From NCBI GenBank assembly GCA_017501245.1, contig JAFVXI010000013.1:145889-209888 (forward strand): 64,000 nt of DNA, read 5' to 3'. This DNA comes from Clostridia bacterium (GTDB taxonomy: Bacteria; Bacillota; Clostridia; Oscillospirales; CAG-272). Position 1 is the first letter of the stretch; every line of letters begins with the position of its first letter. A program made the position numbers and the translations under genes. Under the pieces are notes generated by a model. That model worked only from the letters and a program-made list of their open reading frames with translations. It had not been told where the DNA came from and did not search any database. Below, piece after piece: positions 18,585 to 27,894 of the stretch.

Positions 18585-19499
18585 ATGAAAAACCGTGAAA
18601 ACGCCCCCTCCGGCGTTGTTATTTTAGATAAGACCGAGGGCATATCGAGCCAGTCGGCAGTTAACAGGCTCAAAAGACTGCTCGGATCGGATAAGGCAGG
18701 CCACACAGGTACGCTCGACCCCCTTGCGACAGGCGTGCTTCCGATCCTCGTGGGCAGGGCTGTTAAAGCAAGCGAATATCTTATGACGGGCGACAAGCAC
18801 TATTCTGCGACGCTCCTTCTCGGCGTGACGACCGACACCGAGGATATTACGGGAGAGATGCTGACGACCTCAGACGAGATCCCCGCCGAGGAGGCGGTCA
18901 CAGCTGCGGCACTTTCGTTCATCGGAGAGAGCAAGCAGATCCCACCTATGTATTCGGCGATAAAGATCGGCGGAGAGAAGCTTTACGACAAGGCTCGCAG
19001 AGGCGAAACGGTTGAGCGAGAGGCGAGGGATATCACGGTGTATGACCTTAAATGCGAGAGGCTCTCTGAGCGAGAATATCGCATAGACGTTCATTGCTCC
19101 AAGGGCACGTATATAAGAACGCTGCTTGCCGATATAGGAAAAAAGCTCGGCTGCGGTGGCACGATGAAGACGCTCAGGCGCACCGAGGCGGCAGGCTTCG
19201 GAATAGGCATAGCGCACACCCTCGACGAGATCGAGGCGATGGATGAGGACGAGAGGCTGAAGCTCGTCATCCCAACCGAGAAGCTCTTCACCGCCTACGG
19301 CGAGATAAGGCTATCCCCCTTCTATTCAAGGCTTATGCACGCAGGGCTCGCCATCAAGTGCGCAAAGCTCGGTGTAAGATGCTCGGTGGGCGAGAGATTC
19401 AAGCTCTATTGCGACTACGGATTTTTCGCTATCGGCGAGGCGATAGAGGAGGAAGATGGCTTAGCAATCAAGCCTATCAAGCAATTCGGTAAACTTTAA
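18585..19499 (+). CDS. truB: tRNA pseudouridine(55) synthase
   Basis: GHTGTLDPLATGVLPI catalytic motif. 304 aa. Confidence 0.9.
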   Translation: MKNRENAPSGVVILDKTEGISSQSAVNRLKRLLGSDKAGHTGTLDPLATGVLPILVGRAVKASEYLMTGDKHYSATLLLGVTTDTEDITGEMLTTSDEIPAEEAVTAAALSFIGESKQIPPMYSAIKIGGEKLYDKARRGETVEREARDITVYDLKCERLSEREYRIDVHCSKGTYIRTLLADIGKKLGCGGTMKTLRRTEAAGFGIGIAHTLDEIEAMDEDERLKLVIPTEKLFTAYGEIRLSPFYSRLMHAGLAIKCAKLGVRCSVGERFKLYCDYGFFAIGEAIEEEDGLAIKPIKQFGKL

Positions 19500-19540
19500 T
19501 TAGCAAATACAAGCATTATTTTTTAAAAGGAGGTAAAGGT

Positions 19541-22500
19541 ATGGCGAGAGCTTGGACAGAAAAGCAAACGCTTGCGATGAACACGAGAGACAGAACTCTC
19601 TTGGTTTCGGCTGCGGCAGGCTCGGGAAAAACGGCGACGCTGACCGAGAGAATCATCAGATCCATACTCGACGAAAAAGACCCGATAAGCATCGGGGATA
19701 TGCTGATCGTCACCTTTACCAAGGCGGCAACCGCAGAGCTGAAGGAGAGGATATCAAAGGCAATAAAGGACGCCCTCCGCACATCGGGAGGCGACGAGAG
19801 GCTGGAGGTGCAGCTGCATCTTTTATCCTCCGCAAGGATATCGACGATAGACTCCCTCTGCTCCTCAATACTGAAGAGTAACTGCGAGAGAGTCGGACTC
19901 GACCCGGGATACAGGATCATAGACACCGCCGAGGCGGAGCTGCTTTCTGAGAGCCTGCTCGACGGAATGTTCCACGAGATATACGAGGGAAACCTCAGCG
20001 AGGTTGCAACGCCCGAGGAGCTAATGCAGCTTGCTGACTGTCTGACCGACACACGCACCGAGCGTGACCTTAGTGCAATCGTTAGAATGTTCTACGACTC
20101 GACGAAGGATCTGGTTGACGGCGTCGGCAGACTTCGCACTCTCGTCTCGGAATACGATCCGGGGAGCTTCGTTTCGGTTGAAAAGACGAGGCTCGGAGCA
20201 TATGCGATGAATGCCGTAAAGAGAGCGGCGGCACATCATAAGGTGCTGATAGACGAGGCCATCAGGGATCATCTTGCAGACGGCTCGCCCTCACTTGCGA
20301 AGAAGATAGACGTTCTCGAGGGGGATAGCAGATTTCTTGCCTCCCTCCTTGCCGCAGAGACCTACGTGGAGGCAAGAGGCATAATGCTCGCAAGAGTTCA
20401 CCCCTCCACGCCAAACGTCTCGAGCGCTCCTCATATGAGATACACCACCCCAATGCGCAAGGCGCTGAAGGATGATATGGCGTCTGTGAGGAAGAAATTT
20501 CTTGAATATTCTCCCGAGGAGTGGCTCTCCTCTTATAGCGGGCTCTATTCGGTGCTTTCTGTGTTGGTCAGGCTTTGCGAGCACTTCCATTCGATTTTCC
20601 AAGCCGAAAAGCAGAGGCTTGCGGCGCTTGAATACTCCGACGTTACGAGATACACCTACGAATGCCTGTGGCAGGACGGCGAGAGGACCGACGTCGCGCT
20701 CTCCGAGGCTGCAAAATACCGTGCTGTTTATATAGACGAATATCAGGACGTCAACGCCTTACAGCATATGATCTTTGAGGCTATCAGCAACGAAGATAAC
20801 AGATTTATGGTCGGCGATATTAAGCAAAGCATCTACGCCTTCAGAGGCGCCGAGCCGGGGATCTTCGCAAAGATGAAGACCGAGTTCTGCCCCATTGAAA
20901 AAAGCTCGGCAGGCACCGATTCGACCATTTTTATGTCCGAGAACTTCAGATGCGATAAGGGCGTTATCGATTTTACTAACGAGATCTTTGACAACCTCTT
21001 CGGCACCCTCAAGGAGAGCATCGGCTTCGTGCCCGAGGACAGGCTGATATACAGCAAAAAGCACGACGGCGGTGAGCCGGAATACAAAAAGCCCGAGCTT
21101 TGCCTCCTCCCATACCGTACGGATAAGAGCGGAGCCGAGGAGGACGAGGATGAGGGCGACGAGCTGATGCCGGCGGTCGTTGCGGAAAAGATCGCAGAGC
21201 TGCTTAAAACCGGCAGGCTCGATAACGGAAAGCCCGTACGCCCCGGCGATATAGCCATCATAATGAGAAACGCTCGCGGCAAGGACAAAAAATACGCCGC
21301 CGCCCTCGAGAGGTTAGGCATCCCCGTTGCGCTCAGCGACTCGGTGAGCTTCTTCTTAAATCCCGACGTTCTGCTCCTTTTAAGTATACTCCACGCAATA
21401 GACAATCCCCGCCGCGACATCTATCTTGCTGCGGCTATGTGCTCACCCGTGTTCGGTTTTACTGCCGACGATATGGTCAGAATAGCCTCGTACGAACAGA
21501 GCACCCTATACGACAACCTACTGGCTCACGCCACCGCCGCACCCGACGACAAAAAGGCACGGCGGATGTTAGACTTCCTCGATAAATACAGAACGGCGGC
21601 AGAGGGTATGCCCGTCGATGCGCTGATAAACCGCATTTTACACGACACGGGTCTAATTGCTCTGGCAGCGAGACGAGGAGGCAAGGGAGAGCTTATTCGC
21701 TTCTACGAATATTCACGGAGCTTTGAGAGCTCCTCCTACCGAGGCCTATACAACTTCTTAAACTATATCAAGAGCATCGTAGGCAGAAAAACCGAGTTTG
21801 ATAAGCGTGACGCCATCCTCGGCACCGACGAGGTCAAGATCATAACCGCCCACGCCTCAAAGGGGCTTGAGTTCCCCATCGTATTCTTTGTCGAAAGTCA
21901 GCAGCCTATGAAGCGCAAAACCGACTCAATGCAAAGATTAGTTTACGATATAGGCTTCGGAATATCCTTAAGTCTGAGAACTCCGTCCGGGCTTTCACTC
22001 GTTTCCAACCCCACGAAGGAGATCCTCCTCGACTACAAGCTATGCCGAAGGATAGAGGAGGAGGCGCGCGTTCTCTACGTTATCCTGACGAGAGCAAGAG
22101 AGCAGCTCTACGTCGTCGGAAAGGCGAGGAGCGGATTTGATGCGTACAGAGATAAGATCCTATCGGCTCACGAGAGCCTGTCCACCCATATCGCCTATTC
22201 TATGTCGAGCTACACCGATATGATAACCTTCTCGTCGGGGACGAGCTTCCTTGAGCCCTACGAATTTCTACCCTCGATGAGCGAGGAGCTGAAGAGCAAG
22301 CTTTACCCAACCGAGGCTGAATGCGAGGGCGAGGAGGACTTTGACCTGCCCGACACTCTGCCGGACGGAATGCTCTTCCCTAAGACCTACGCCATAACTC
22401 ACGGCATCACCGAGGATAAGGAAGCAGAAGAGACCGGCGAGGAGCCCATCGGTAAGCTTCTTGCACGCCGCTTCTCCTACGAATACCCGTATAAGCATCT

Positions 22501-23356
22501 TGAACGCCTGCCGAAAAAGCTATCCGTCTCGAGACTCTACCCGGAGATACTTGACCCCGATGCAAAGGACGAGGCACAGATCAGCTTCAAGGACGGCGGC
22601 GCCGAGATAGTGTTCGGCATTCCCGAAGCCGAGGAGATAAGCGAGGTCCTTGCCGATTACGGCACTGCGGAGGAATTCATCTTTGAGGCTGACGAGCTGA
22701 TGCCCGACACCACCGCCAACGAAGCCGACGGCGACAGGATCACCAAAATGGGAAAGCTGCCGAGGTTTGCCACCGGAAGCGACGAGACCGAGAGTGCAAG
22801 GCGAGGCATCGCAACGCATCTCTTCTTCCAGTTCTGCGACCTCGATAACCTTAAGAAAAACGGAGCCGAGGCAGAGCTTTCAAGGCTAAAGGCAGGAAAA
22901 TATCTCTCCGAGGAGGATTGTACAAGGGTCAGACTTAAGGAGGTCGACGCCTTTTGCCGCTCCGAGCTTTTCGAAGCCATGCTTGGCGCCAAGCGCATCT
23001 GGCGAGAGCTTCGCTTCAACGCCGCTCTGCCCGCCTCTATGTTTACATCCCTGCCCGAGATTAAGGAAAAGCTTAAGGGTACGAACGTGCTTGTCCAAGG
23101 AGTTATCGACTGTCTTATTGAGGACGATAGTGGCGAATTACACCTCGTCGACTATAAGACAGACCGACTGATGCGCCACGAGCTGAGAGATCAGTCGCTC
23201 GCCGAGAAGAGGCTCTACGACTCCCACTCTCTCCAGCTATCCTACTACGCCGAGGCGATAGAGCTGATGATGGGCAAAAGACCCGCTACCGTCGAGGTCT
23301 ACTCCCTTCAGCTAGGCAGATGCGTAAGCGTTATGCGCCCGCCACACGAGCGCTGA
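19541..23356 (+). CDS. addA: ATP-dependent helicase/nuclease subunit A (AddA, UvrD-type helicase plus C-terminal PD-(D/E)XK nuclease)
   Basis: Walker A (AAAGSGKTATL), IDEYQD, the motif VKIITAHASKGLEF, and a C-terminal nuclease (GVIDCL ... LVDYKTD). AAGGAGG RBS. Confidence 0.85.
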   Translation: MARAWTEKQTLAMNTRDRTLLVSAAAGSGKTATLTERIIRSILDEKDPISIGDMLIVTFTKAATAELKERISKAIKDALRTSGGDERLEVQLHLLSSARISTIDSLCSSILKSNCERVGLDPGYRIIDTAEAELLSESLLDGMFHEIYEGNLSEVATPEELMQLADCLTDTRTERDLSAIVRMFYDSTKDLVDGVGRLRTLVSEYDPGSFVSVEKTRLGAYAMNAVKRAAAHHKVLIDEAIRDHLADGSPSLAKKIDVLEGDSRFLASLLAAETYVEARGIMLARVHPSTPNVSSAPHMRYTTPMRKALKDDMASVRKKFLEYSPEEWLSSYSGLYSVLSVLVRLCEHFHSIFQAEKQRLAALEYSDVTRYTYECLWQDGERTDVALSEAAKYRAVYIDEYQDVNALQHMIFEAISNEDNRFMVGDIKQSIYAFRGAEPGIFAKMKTEFCPIEKSSAGTDSTIFMSENFRCDKGVIDFTNEIFDNLFGTLKESIGFVPEDRLIYSKKHDGGEPEYKKPELCLLPYRTDKSGAEEDEDEGDELMPAVVAEKIAELLKTGRLDNGKPVRPGDIAIIMRNARGKDKKYAAALERLGIPVALSDSVSFFLNPDVLLLLSILHAIDNPRRDIYLAAAMCSPVFGFTADDMVRIASYEQSTLYDNLLAHATAAPDDKKARRMLDFLDKYRTAAEGMPVDALINRILHDTGLIALAARRGGKGELIRFYEYSRSFESSSYRGLYNFLNYIKSIVGRKTEFDKRDAILGTDEVKIITAHASKGLEFPIVFFVESQQPMKRKTDSMQRLVYDIGFGISLSLRTPSGLSLVSNPTKEILLDYKLCRRIEEEARVLYVILTRAREQLYVVGKARSGFDAYRDKILSAHESLSTHIAYSMSSYTDMITFSSGTSFLEPYEFLPSMSEELKSKLYPTEAECEGEEDFDLPDTLPDGMLFPKTYAITHGITEDKEAEETGEEPIGKLLARRFSYEYPYKHLERLPKKLSVSRLYPEILDPDAKDEAQISFKDGGAEIVFGIPEAEEISEVLADYGTAEEFIFEADELMPDTTANEADGDRITKMGKLPRFATGSDETESARRGIATHLFFQFCDLDNLKKNGAEAELSRLKAGKYLSEEDCTRVRLKEVDAFCRSELFEAMLGAKRIWRELRFNAALPASMFTSLPEIKEKLKGTNVLVQGVIDCLIEDDSGELHLVDYKTDRLMRHELRDQSLAEKRLYDSHSLQLSYYAEAIELMMGKRPATVEVYSLQLGRCVSVMRPPHER

Positions 23357-23470
23357 CACGACCACCATTTTACCGATGATCCCACTCCCGACGGCTCTTG
23401 TCAAGACAAAAAGCCAAGAGCATCGGCAGCCCCGCATAGGTGCAATAAAAGGGGCTTTATATTCAAAAAG

Positions 23471-23519
23471 AAAAACCTATGGAAGCCACCCACAAGGGCT
23501 ATGCAACCATAGGTTTTTT
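23471..23519. terminator. bidirectional terminator between addA and the protease gene
   Basis: AAAAACCTATGG ... CCATAGGTTTTTT. Confidence 0.7.
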
Positions 23520-23607
23520 CTATTTTTATTCGTGTCTTACCGAAGCGGGATGAGAGGCAAGGCTCTCAATTATCCCAAGCCTTAATGCTCGGCGAAAGCG
23601 GCAAAGA

Positions 23608-24873
23608 TCAGACGACCTTCTTAGGTTCGATACCGCTTATGTCAACACTTATTGTCATTTTCTCGCCGCCTCTCAGTATATCGAAGGAAAGCTCGGAGTC
23701 CTCGAACACGGAGAGCATACAGTCGACGACCTGATACATTCTGTGGATCTCATACCTCTCGCCGTCAACGGTGATAGCCGAGATGACGTCGCCCTTTTCA
23801 AAGAGGGAGGAGGCGAGGCTGCCCGCCTCTATGCTGTCCACCTTGACGACCTCACGCTTGTGGATCTTGCCGGTTTCCTCATCGTACTCGGTGTAAAGCT
23901 CGCTGTTGTTCATCGTTATGCCGAGCGAATACTTATAGGGGTTTTCAAGCTCGGTCGAAGCGCAGTAGCGGATGATGTTTTCAGCAACGCCGCTTACCAC
24001 ACCCGAGGGGATAGCATATGCTATATTATCGATAGACGAGGAGGTTATCTTGGCGTTTACTATACCGATAAGCTCGCCCCTGTCGTTAAAGAGGCCGCCG
24101 CCCGAGTTGCCGGAGTTTACAGCCGTGTCGATGCGGAGGAGGCGCAGGGTTATGTTGCTTCTGCCGTCCGCCGCAGTTATACTGACGTACTCACTGTCGA
24201 CGTTGACGTAGCCGACAGTTGCGCTGATGCCGTCTGCCGCAGGATTTCCGATCGCTATCGCCGTGTCAAGAATGGAAATGTCGTCGGGATCTGCAAAGCT
24301 GACCGCACAGGCGTTGGACTCCGCAAGCACCCTACTGCCCGTGACCTTGAGGATCGCAAGATCCTGACTCATAGCGCCGCCCACGTAGGTCGCCGGGATG
24401 GCGTAAGCCGACGACTCCTGGCCGTAGAGATATACGTTTATGTTGTTGCTGATCTTGTTTGAGGTTTTTGAATCGACGTCATAGACGACGTGATAGTTGG
24501 TGATGATGTAGGCGTCGCCCTTTTCCTTATCAAGCTGATAGATAACGCCTGCGCCCGACGAGGTTGCGTTAGAGGTTCCGCCATAGCCGTAGGAGATGGT
24601 AAACTGAGCGGCTATGCTTACGGTGCTCAGGACGCCCTTGGTCGCCGCAGAGAGATTTGCCGAGCCGTTATTCTCGATCGTTATCTCATATTCGTTGACG
24701 TTGCCGATGGTGGTGTCGCCGCTCATGGTGCCCGAGATAAGAGCCTTGACCTCCTCCTCGGTCATATAATCCTCCTCAGGGAGCAAAAGCATACACGACG
24801 TCATGGAAAGAGCGGTCACGATCAGTGCGCAAGCAAGCGCAAGGATCCTCAGCGATATGCCTTTTTTCTTCAT
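23608..24873 (-). CDS. membrane-anchored trypsin-like serine protease (S1C / HtrA-like) with C-terminal PDZ-like region
   Basis: N-terminal TM segment, catalytic GNSGGGLF motif and TNYHVV His region. Confidence 0.8.
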   Translation of the reverse strand: MKKKGISLRILALACALIVTALSMTSCMLLLPEEDYMTEEEVKALISGTMSGDTTIGNVNEYEITIENNGSANLSAATKGVLSTVSIAAQFTISYGYGGTSNATSSGAGVIYQLDKEKGDAYIITNYHVVYDVDSKTSNKISNNINVYLYGQESSAYAIPATYVGGAMSQDLAILKVTGSRVLAESNACAVSFADPDDISILDTAIAIGNPAADGISATVGYVNVDSEYVSITAADGRSNITLRLLRIDTAVNSGNSGGGLFNDRGELIGIVNAKITSSSIDNIAYAIPSGVVSGVAENIIRYCASTELENPYKYSLGITMNNSELYTEYDEETGKIHKREVVKVDSIEAGSLASSLFEKGDVISAITVDGERYEIHRMYQVVDCMLSVFEDSELSFDILRGGEKMTISVDISGIEPKKVV

Positions 24874-25028
24874 ATTTTTATCCTCCGTGATGTAAAAAAT
24901 ATCTACTGATCTTTATTTTAGTATACCACGGTTTTATTGCAATAGTATTAAGAATAATAGAAATTTTTGCTATTTTTTCTTTAATCGATATATACCACCT
25001 GTGCCCGATGGAAAAGAGCGACAAAAAA

Positions 25029-25075
25029 GAGAGGGTCGCCCCCTCTCGGATAAAGCGAGCGGGGCGACCCGTTGA
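25029..25075 (-). terminator. rho-independent terminator (minus strand)
   Basis: In minus-strand RNA: GGGTCGCCCC ... GGGGCGACCC followed by TCTCTTTTTT. Confidence 0.6.
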
Positions 25076-25097
25076 CGTAGCAAAAAGCTCCCTGTGC

Positions 25098-25403
25098 TTA
25101 CCAGCCGAGAACCTTGTTGCCAAGCGACTCTATACGTGCGCAAAGCTGAACAACGATGATGGGGAGGATGAAGAAGCCCCAAAGCATAAGGACAAATCTC
25201 CATATGCTGTTTCCGCCGCTCCTGCCGCGCGACTTAAGTACTGCGTAATTGTTGTAGCAGAAGAGCGCACATCCAACGGTGACCTGTCCGATCACGGGAA
25301 TGAGGCTGATGAGAAGCCACATTAAATAGCGCTTTTTAGTATGCTTTGTGAGGGCTTTAACCTCCTGCTCCGACGCACCGCCGGTCCATTCTTCAAACGT
25401 CAT
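25098..25403 (-). CDS. hypothetical small 2-TM membrane protein (101 aa)
   Basis: GGAGGA RBS before the MTFEEW start. Two hydrophobic helices. No family recognised. Confidence 0.5.
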   Translation of the reverse strand: MTFEEWTGGASEQEVKALTKHTKKRYLMWLLISLIPVIGQVTVGCALFCYNNYAVLKSRGRSGGNSIWRFVLMLWGFFILPIIVVQLCARIESLGNKVLGW

Positions 25404-25452
25404 AACGTCCTCCAAAATATGTACTTCGGCGAATGCACGCCGACCTGAGTAA

Positions 25453-25481
25453 ATTCTACCATACACGGCTACACTTGTCAA
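25453..25481 (-). promoter_or_regulatory. sigma-A type promoter of the small membrane protein gene
   Basis: On the minus strand: TTGACA, 17-nt spacer ending in TGG, TAGAAT. Confidence 0.5.
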
Positions 25482-25489
25482 GTGGCGTA

Positions 25490-25531
25490 TTCCGTGCCGC
25501 AGAGCGGAAGCAGCGCAGAGTGTACCGTCGC
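25490..25531 (+). repeat. 42-bp direct repeat, copy 1
   Basis: TTCCGTGCCGCAGAGCGGAAGCAGCGCAGAGTGTACCGTCGC. It matches copy 2 at 40 of 42 positions. Confidence 0.9.
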
Positions 25532-25606
25532 AAAAAACACAAAGCGTAGGCGACACAGAGCGTATCGTTTACGAAAACGAAAGGCAGAAGGTGTGCAGAG
25601 TATCAT

Positions 25607-25648
25607 TTCCGTGCCGCAGAGCGTAAGCGGCGCAGAGTGTACCGTCGC
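25607..25648 (+). repeat. 42-bp direct repeat, copy 2
   Basis: TTCCGTGCCGCAGAGCGTAAGCGGCGCAGAGTGTACCGTCGC, located 117 bp downstream of copy 1. Confidence 0.9.
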
Positions 25649-25753
25649 CAAAACGCAGAGCCGAAGCGCCGAAAGACACCCCCACTCAAAAAAACGCCGC
25701 CTCACGGTGACCACTCCGGATCATGTTTTTTTATAAAACATTATTAAATCCTA

Positions 25754-25782
25754 TTGACATACGCCCTCGCATATATTATAAT
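25754..25782 (+). promoter_or_regulatory. consensus sigma-A promoter of the citrate synthase-aconitase-IDH operon
   Basis: TTGACA, 17-nt spacer, TATAAT. Both hexamers are perfect. Confidence 0.65.
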
Positions 25783-25795
25783 TTGAAAAAAGCAA

Positions 25796-25815
25796 ATTGT
25801 ATACAAGCATACAAT
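25796..25815 (+). promoter_or_regulatory. candidate GntR-type operator
   Basis: ATTGTAT-N6-ATACAAT inverted repeat overlapping the perfect palindrome TTGTATACAA (25797..25806). It starts 14 nt downstream of the -10 element. Confidence 0.45.
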
Positions 25816-25870
25816 ATATGGTAGTTATGCTGTATATTTCCTAAGCCCCTTACGAAAAGGAGATCCCAAA

Positions 25871-27226
25871 ATGATCGTTAAAAGCAAAACCACAAACCTC
25901 CTCGAGCAGCATCAGTACAGATACTCTCTGCAGGATATCCCCGATCCTAACCTGTATAGAGAGATCTACCCTTATACGGAGATACCGAAGATAGCGTTCA
26001 ACCACCGCCACGTGCCTCCGAACATGCCCGCCGAGATCTGGATCACCGACACGACCTTCCGTGACGGGCAGCAGTCAAGAGCGCCCTACACCGCATCCCA
26101 GATAGTTGATATCTACAAAATGCTCCACAAGCTCGGCGGAGAAAAGGGCATCGTCAGGCAGAGCGAGTTCTTCGTCTATACCAAGAAGGACAAGGAGGCG
26201 GTCGAGAGATGTATGGCTCTCGGCTACGACTTCCCCGAGGTTACGACCTGGATCAGGGCTAAGAAGGAGGACTTCGACCTCGTCAAGAGCCTTGGCATCA
26301 AGGAGACGGGCATCCTCGTTTCCTGCTCGGACTACCACATCTTCAAGAAGCTCGGAATGACGAGAGGTCAGGCGCTCGAGCATTATCTAAGCGTAGTAAA
26401 ATCCGTCATAGATGCAGGCATCAAGCCGAGATGTCACCTCGAGGACATAACCCGTGCGGACTTTTACGGCTTCGTCGTCCCCTTCGTCAACGCACTTTCC
26501 GACCTCTCAAGAGAGTCGGGCATCCCGGTAAAGATCAGAATGTGCGATACGATGGGCTACGGAGTTCCCTTCCCCGGAGTCGCTCTGCCGAGGAGCGTAC
26601 CCGGCATCGTCTACGGTCTTAACCACTACGCCGACGTCCCCTCCTCGATGCTTGAGTGGCACGGCCATAACGACTTTTACAAGGGTGTAGTAAATGCTAC
26701 GACCGCCTGGCTTTACGGCTGCTCGAGCGTCAACTGCTCGCTGCTCGGCATAGGCGAAAGAACGGGAAACGTTCCGCTTGAGGCGATGGTGATAGAGTAC
26801 GCCTCCATAACCGGCGACTTTGACGGTATGGATCCCACCGTTATCACCGAGATCAGAGATTATTTCAAGAACGAATTAAAATACGATATCCCTCCCATGA
26901 CGCCCTTCGTCGGCGACAACTTTAACGTGACCCGTGCAGGCGTTCACGCAGACGGACTGATGAAGGACGCCGAGATATACAACATCTTCGACACCGAGTC
27001 GATACTCAACCGCCCCGCAGAGGTCGCCATCTCCAACACCTCGGGCACGGCAGGAATAGCATACTGGATCAACAGACACTACAACCTGCCTGATTTCCGC
27101 GAGGTGACCAAGCACGACGAGCTTGTTATCAAGGTAAAGGCGGCGGTGGATAAGCTCTACGAGGACGGCAGGACCACGATGGTTTCCGACGACGAGCTTG
27201 TCGCTATAATCGAAGCACTTTCGTGA
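25871..27226 (+). CDS. Re-citrate synthase-like enzyme (homocitrate / 2-isopropylmalate synthase family)
   Basis: DRE-TIM motif TDTTFRDGQQS and HGHNDF. About 450 aa. Operon context with aconitase and isocitrate dehydrogenase. Confidence 0.65.
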   Translation: MIVKSKTTNLLEQHQYRYSLQDIPDPNLYREIYPYTEIPKIAFNHRHVPPNMPAEIWITDTTFRDGQQSRAPYTASQIVDIYKMLHKLGGEKGIVRQSEFFVYTKKDKEAVERCMALGYDFPEVTTWIRAKKEDFDLVKSLGIKETGILVSCSDYHIFKKLGMTRGQALEHYLSVVKSVIDAGIKPRCHLEDITRADFYGFVVPFVNALSDLSRESGIPVKIRMCDTMGYGVPFPGVALPRSVPGIVYGLNHYADVPSSMLEWHGHNDFYKGVVNATTAWLYGCSSVNCSLLGIGERTGNVPLEAMVIEYASITGDFDGMDPTVITEIRDYFKNELKYDIPPMTPFVGDNFNVTRAGVHADGLMKDAEIYNIFDTESILNRPAEVAISNTSGTAGIAYWINRHYNLPDFREVTKHDELVIKVKAAVDKLYEDGRTTMVSDDELVAIIEALS

Positions 27227-27234
27227 GGTGAAAA

Positions 27235-27894
27235 ATGATAATCAATGAAAAGACCAAATCCCGCGAGGAGGAGGTATACCAGAAGCTCGAGGAGGAGATC
27301 CTCGCAGGTATGTACAAGAGAGGCTCGGCGCTGACCGAGATGTCGGTCTCCTCACGCCTGCAGGTTTCGAGGACGCCGGTCAGAGCGGCTCTGCACAGGC
27401 TGGCGGAGGAGGGCCTCGTCGAGATCGCGCCGAACAGGGGTGCCGTCGTCGTAGGCGTTACGGTCGACGACCTCATCGACACCTATAAGATAAGGATAAG
27501 GCTCGAGGGCCTCGCCTCCTCGATGGCAACCGAGAGGATGAGCGTCGAGGAAAAGAAGCAGCTCGTCGACTCGGTAGAGCTATCCGAATACTATATGGCT
27601 AAGGGCGACACAGAGAGGCTCAAGGAGCTTGACTCGGAGTTTCACAACATCATCTACCGAGCATCGGGAAACAGGATGCTCTCGAAGATCCTCTCCGAGC
27701 TGCACAGAAACATCAAGGCGTACAGAAAGCTCTCGCTCACCGTGCCCGGCAGGCTGGAAAAGACCGTACACGAGCATAGAGCCATACTCGACGCCATCCT
27801 CTCCTCCGACTCGGATAAGGCCGACAAGCTGACGAGAATTCACGTCGAGCACGCCATGGAAAACATGGTAAAGGCAATGCAAAACAAGGAGTAA
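27235..27894 (+). CDS. GntR family transcriptional regulator (FadR/FCD subfamily)
   Basis: N-terminal wHTH (LTEMSVSSRLQVSRTPVRAALHRLAEEGLVE) followed by an all-helical FCD-like C-terminal domain. Confidence 0.85.
   Translation: MIINEKTKSREEEVYQKLEEEILAGMYKRGSALTEMSVSSRLQVSRTPVRAALHRLAEEGLVEIAPNRGAVVVGVTVDDLIDTYKIRIRLEGLASSMATERMSVEEKKQLVDSVELSEYYMAKGDTERLKELDSEFHNIIYRASGNRMLSKILSELHRNIKAYRKLSLTVPGRLEKTVHEHRAILDAILSSDSDKADKLTRIHVEHAMENMVKAMQNKE

Noticed and set aside
23376-23585. A 69-aa ORF in the addA-protease intergenic region.
   Set aside because: It has no RBS, it spans the bidirectional terminator, and its composition is implausible.
25490-25648. The possibility that the 42-bp repeats are a minimal CRISPR array.
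   Set aside because: There are only two copies, the 75-bp spacer is too long, the repeat has no palindromic core, and there are no cas genes in the window.
25478-25736. Two ORFs (78 aa on the minus strand, 84 aa on the plus strand) spanning the 42-bp repeat block, giving internally repeated peptides such as SVPQSGSSAECTVAK.
   Set aside because: Neither has a Shine-Dalgarno sequence. The plus-strand ORF starts at a GTG abutting the -35 element of the divergent promoter. The peptide repeats are simply the DNA repeat read in frame. I treat the block as non-coding.
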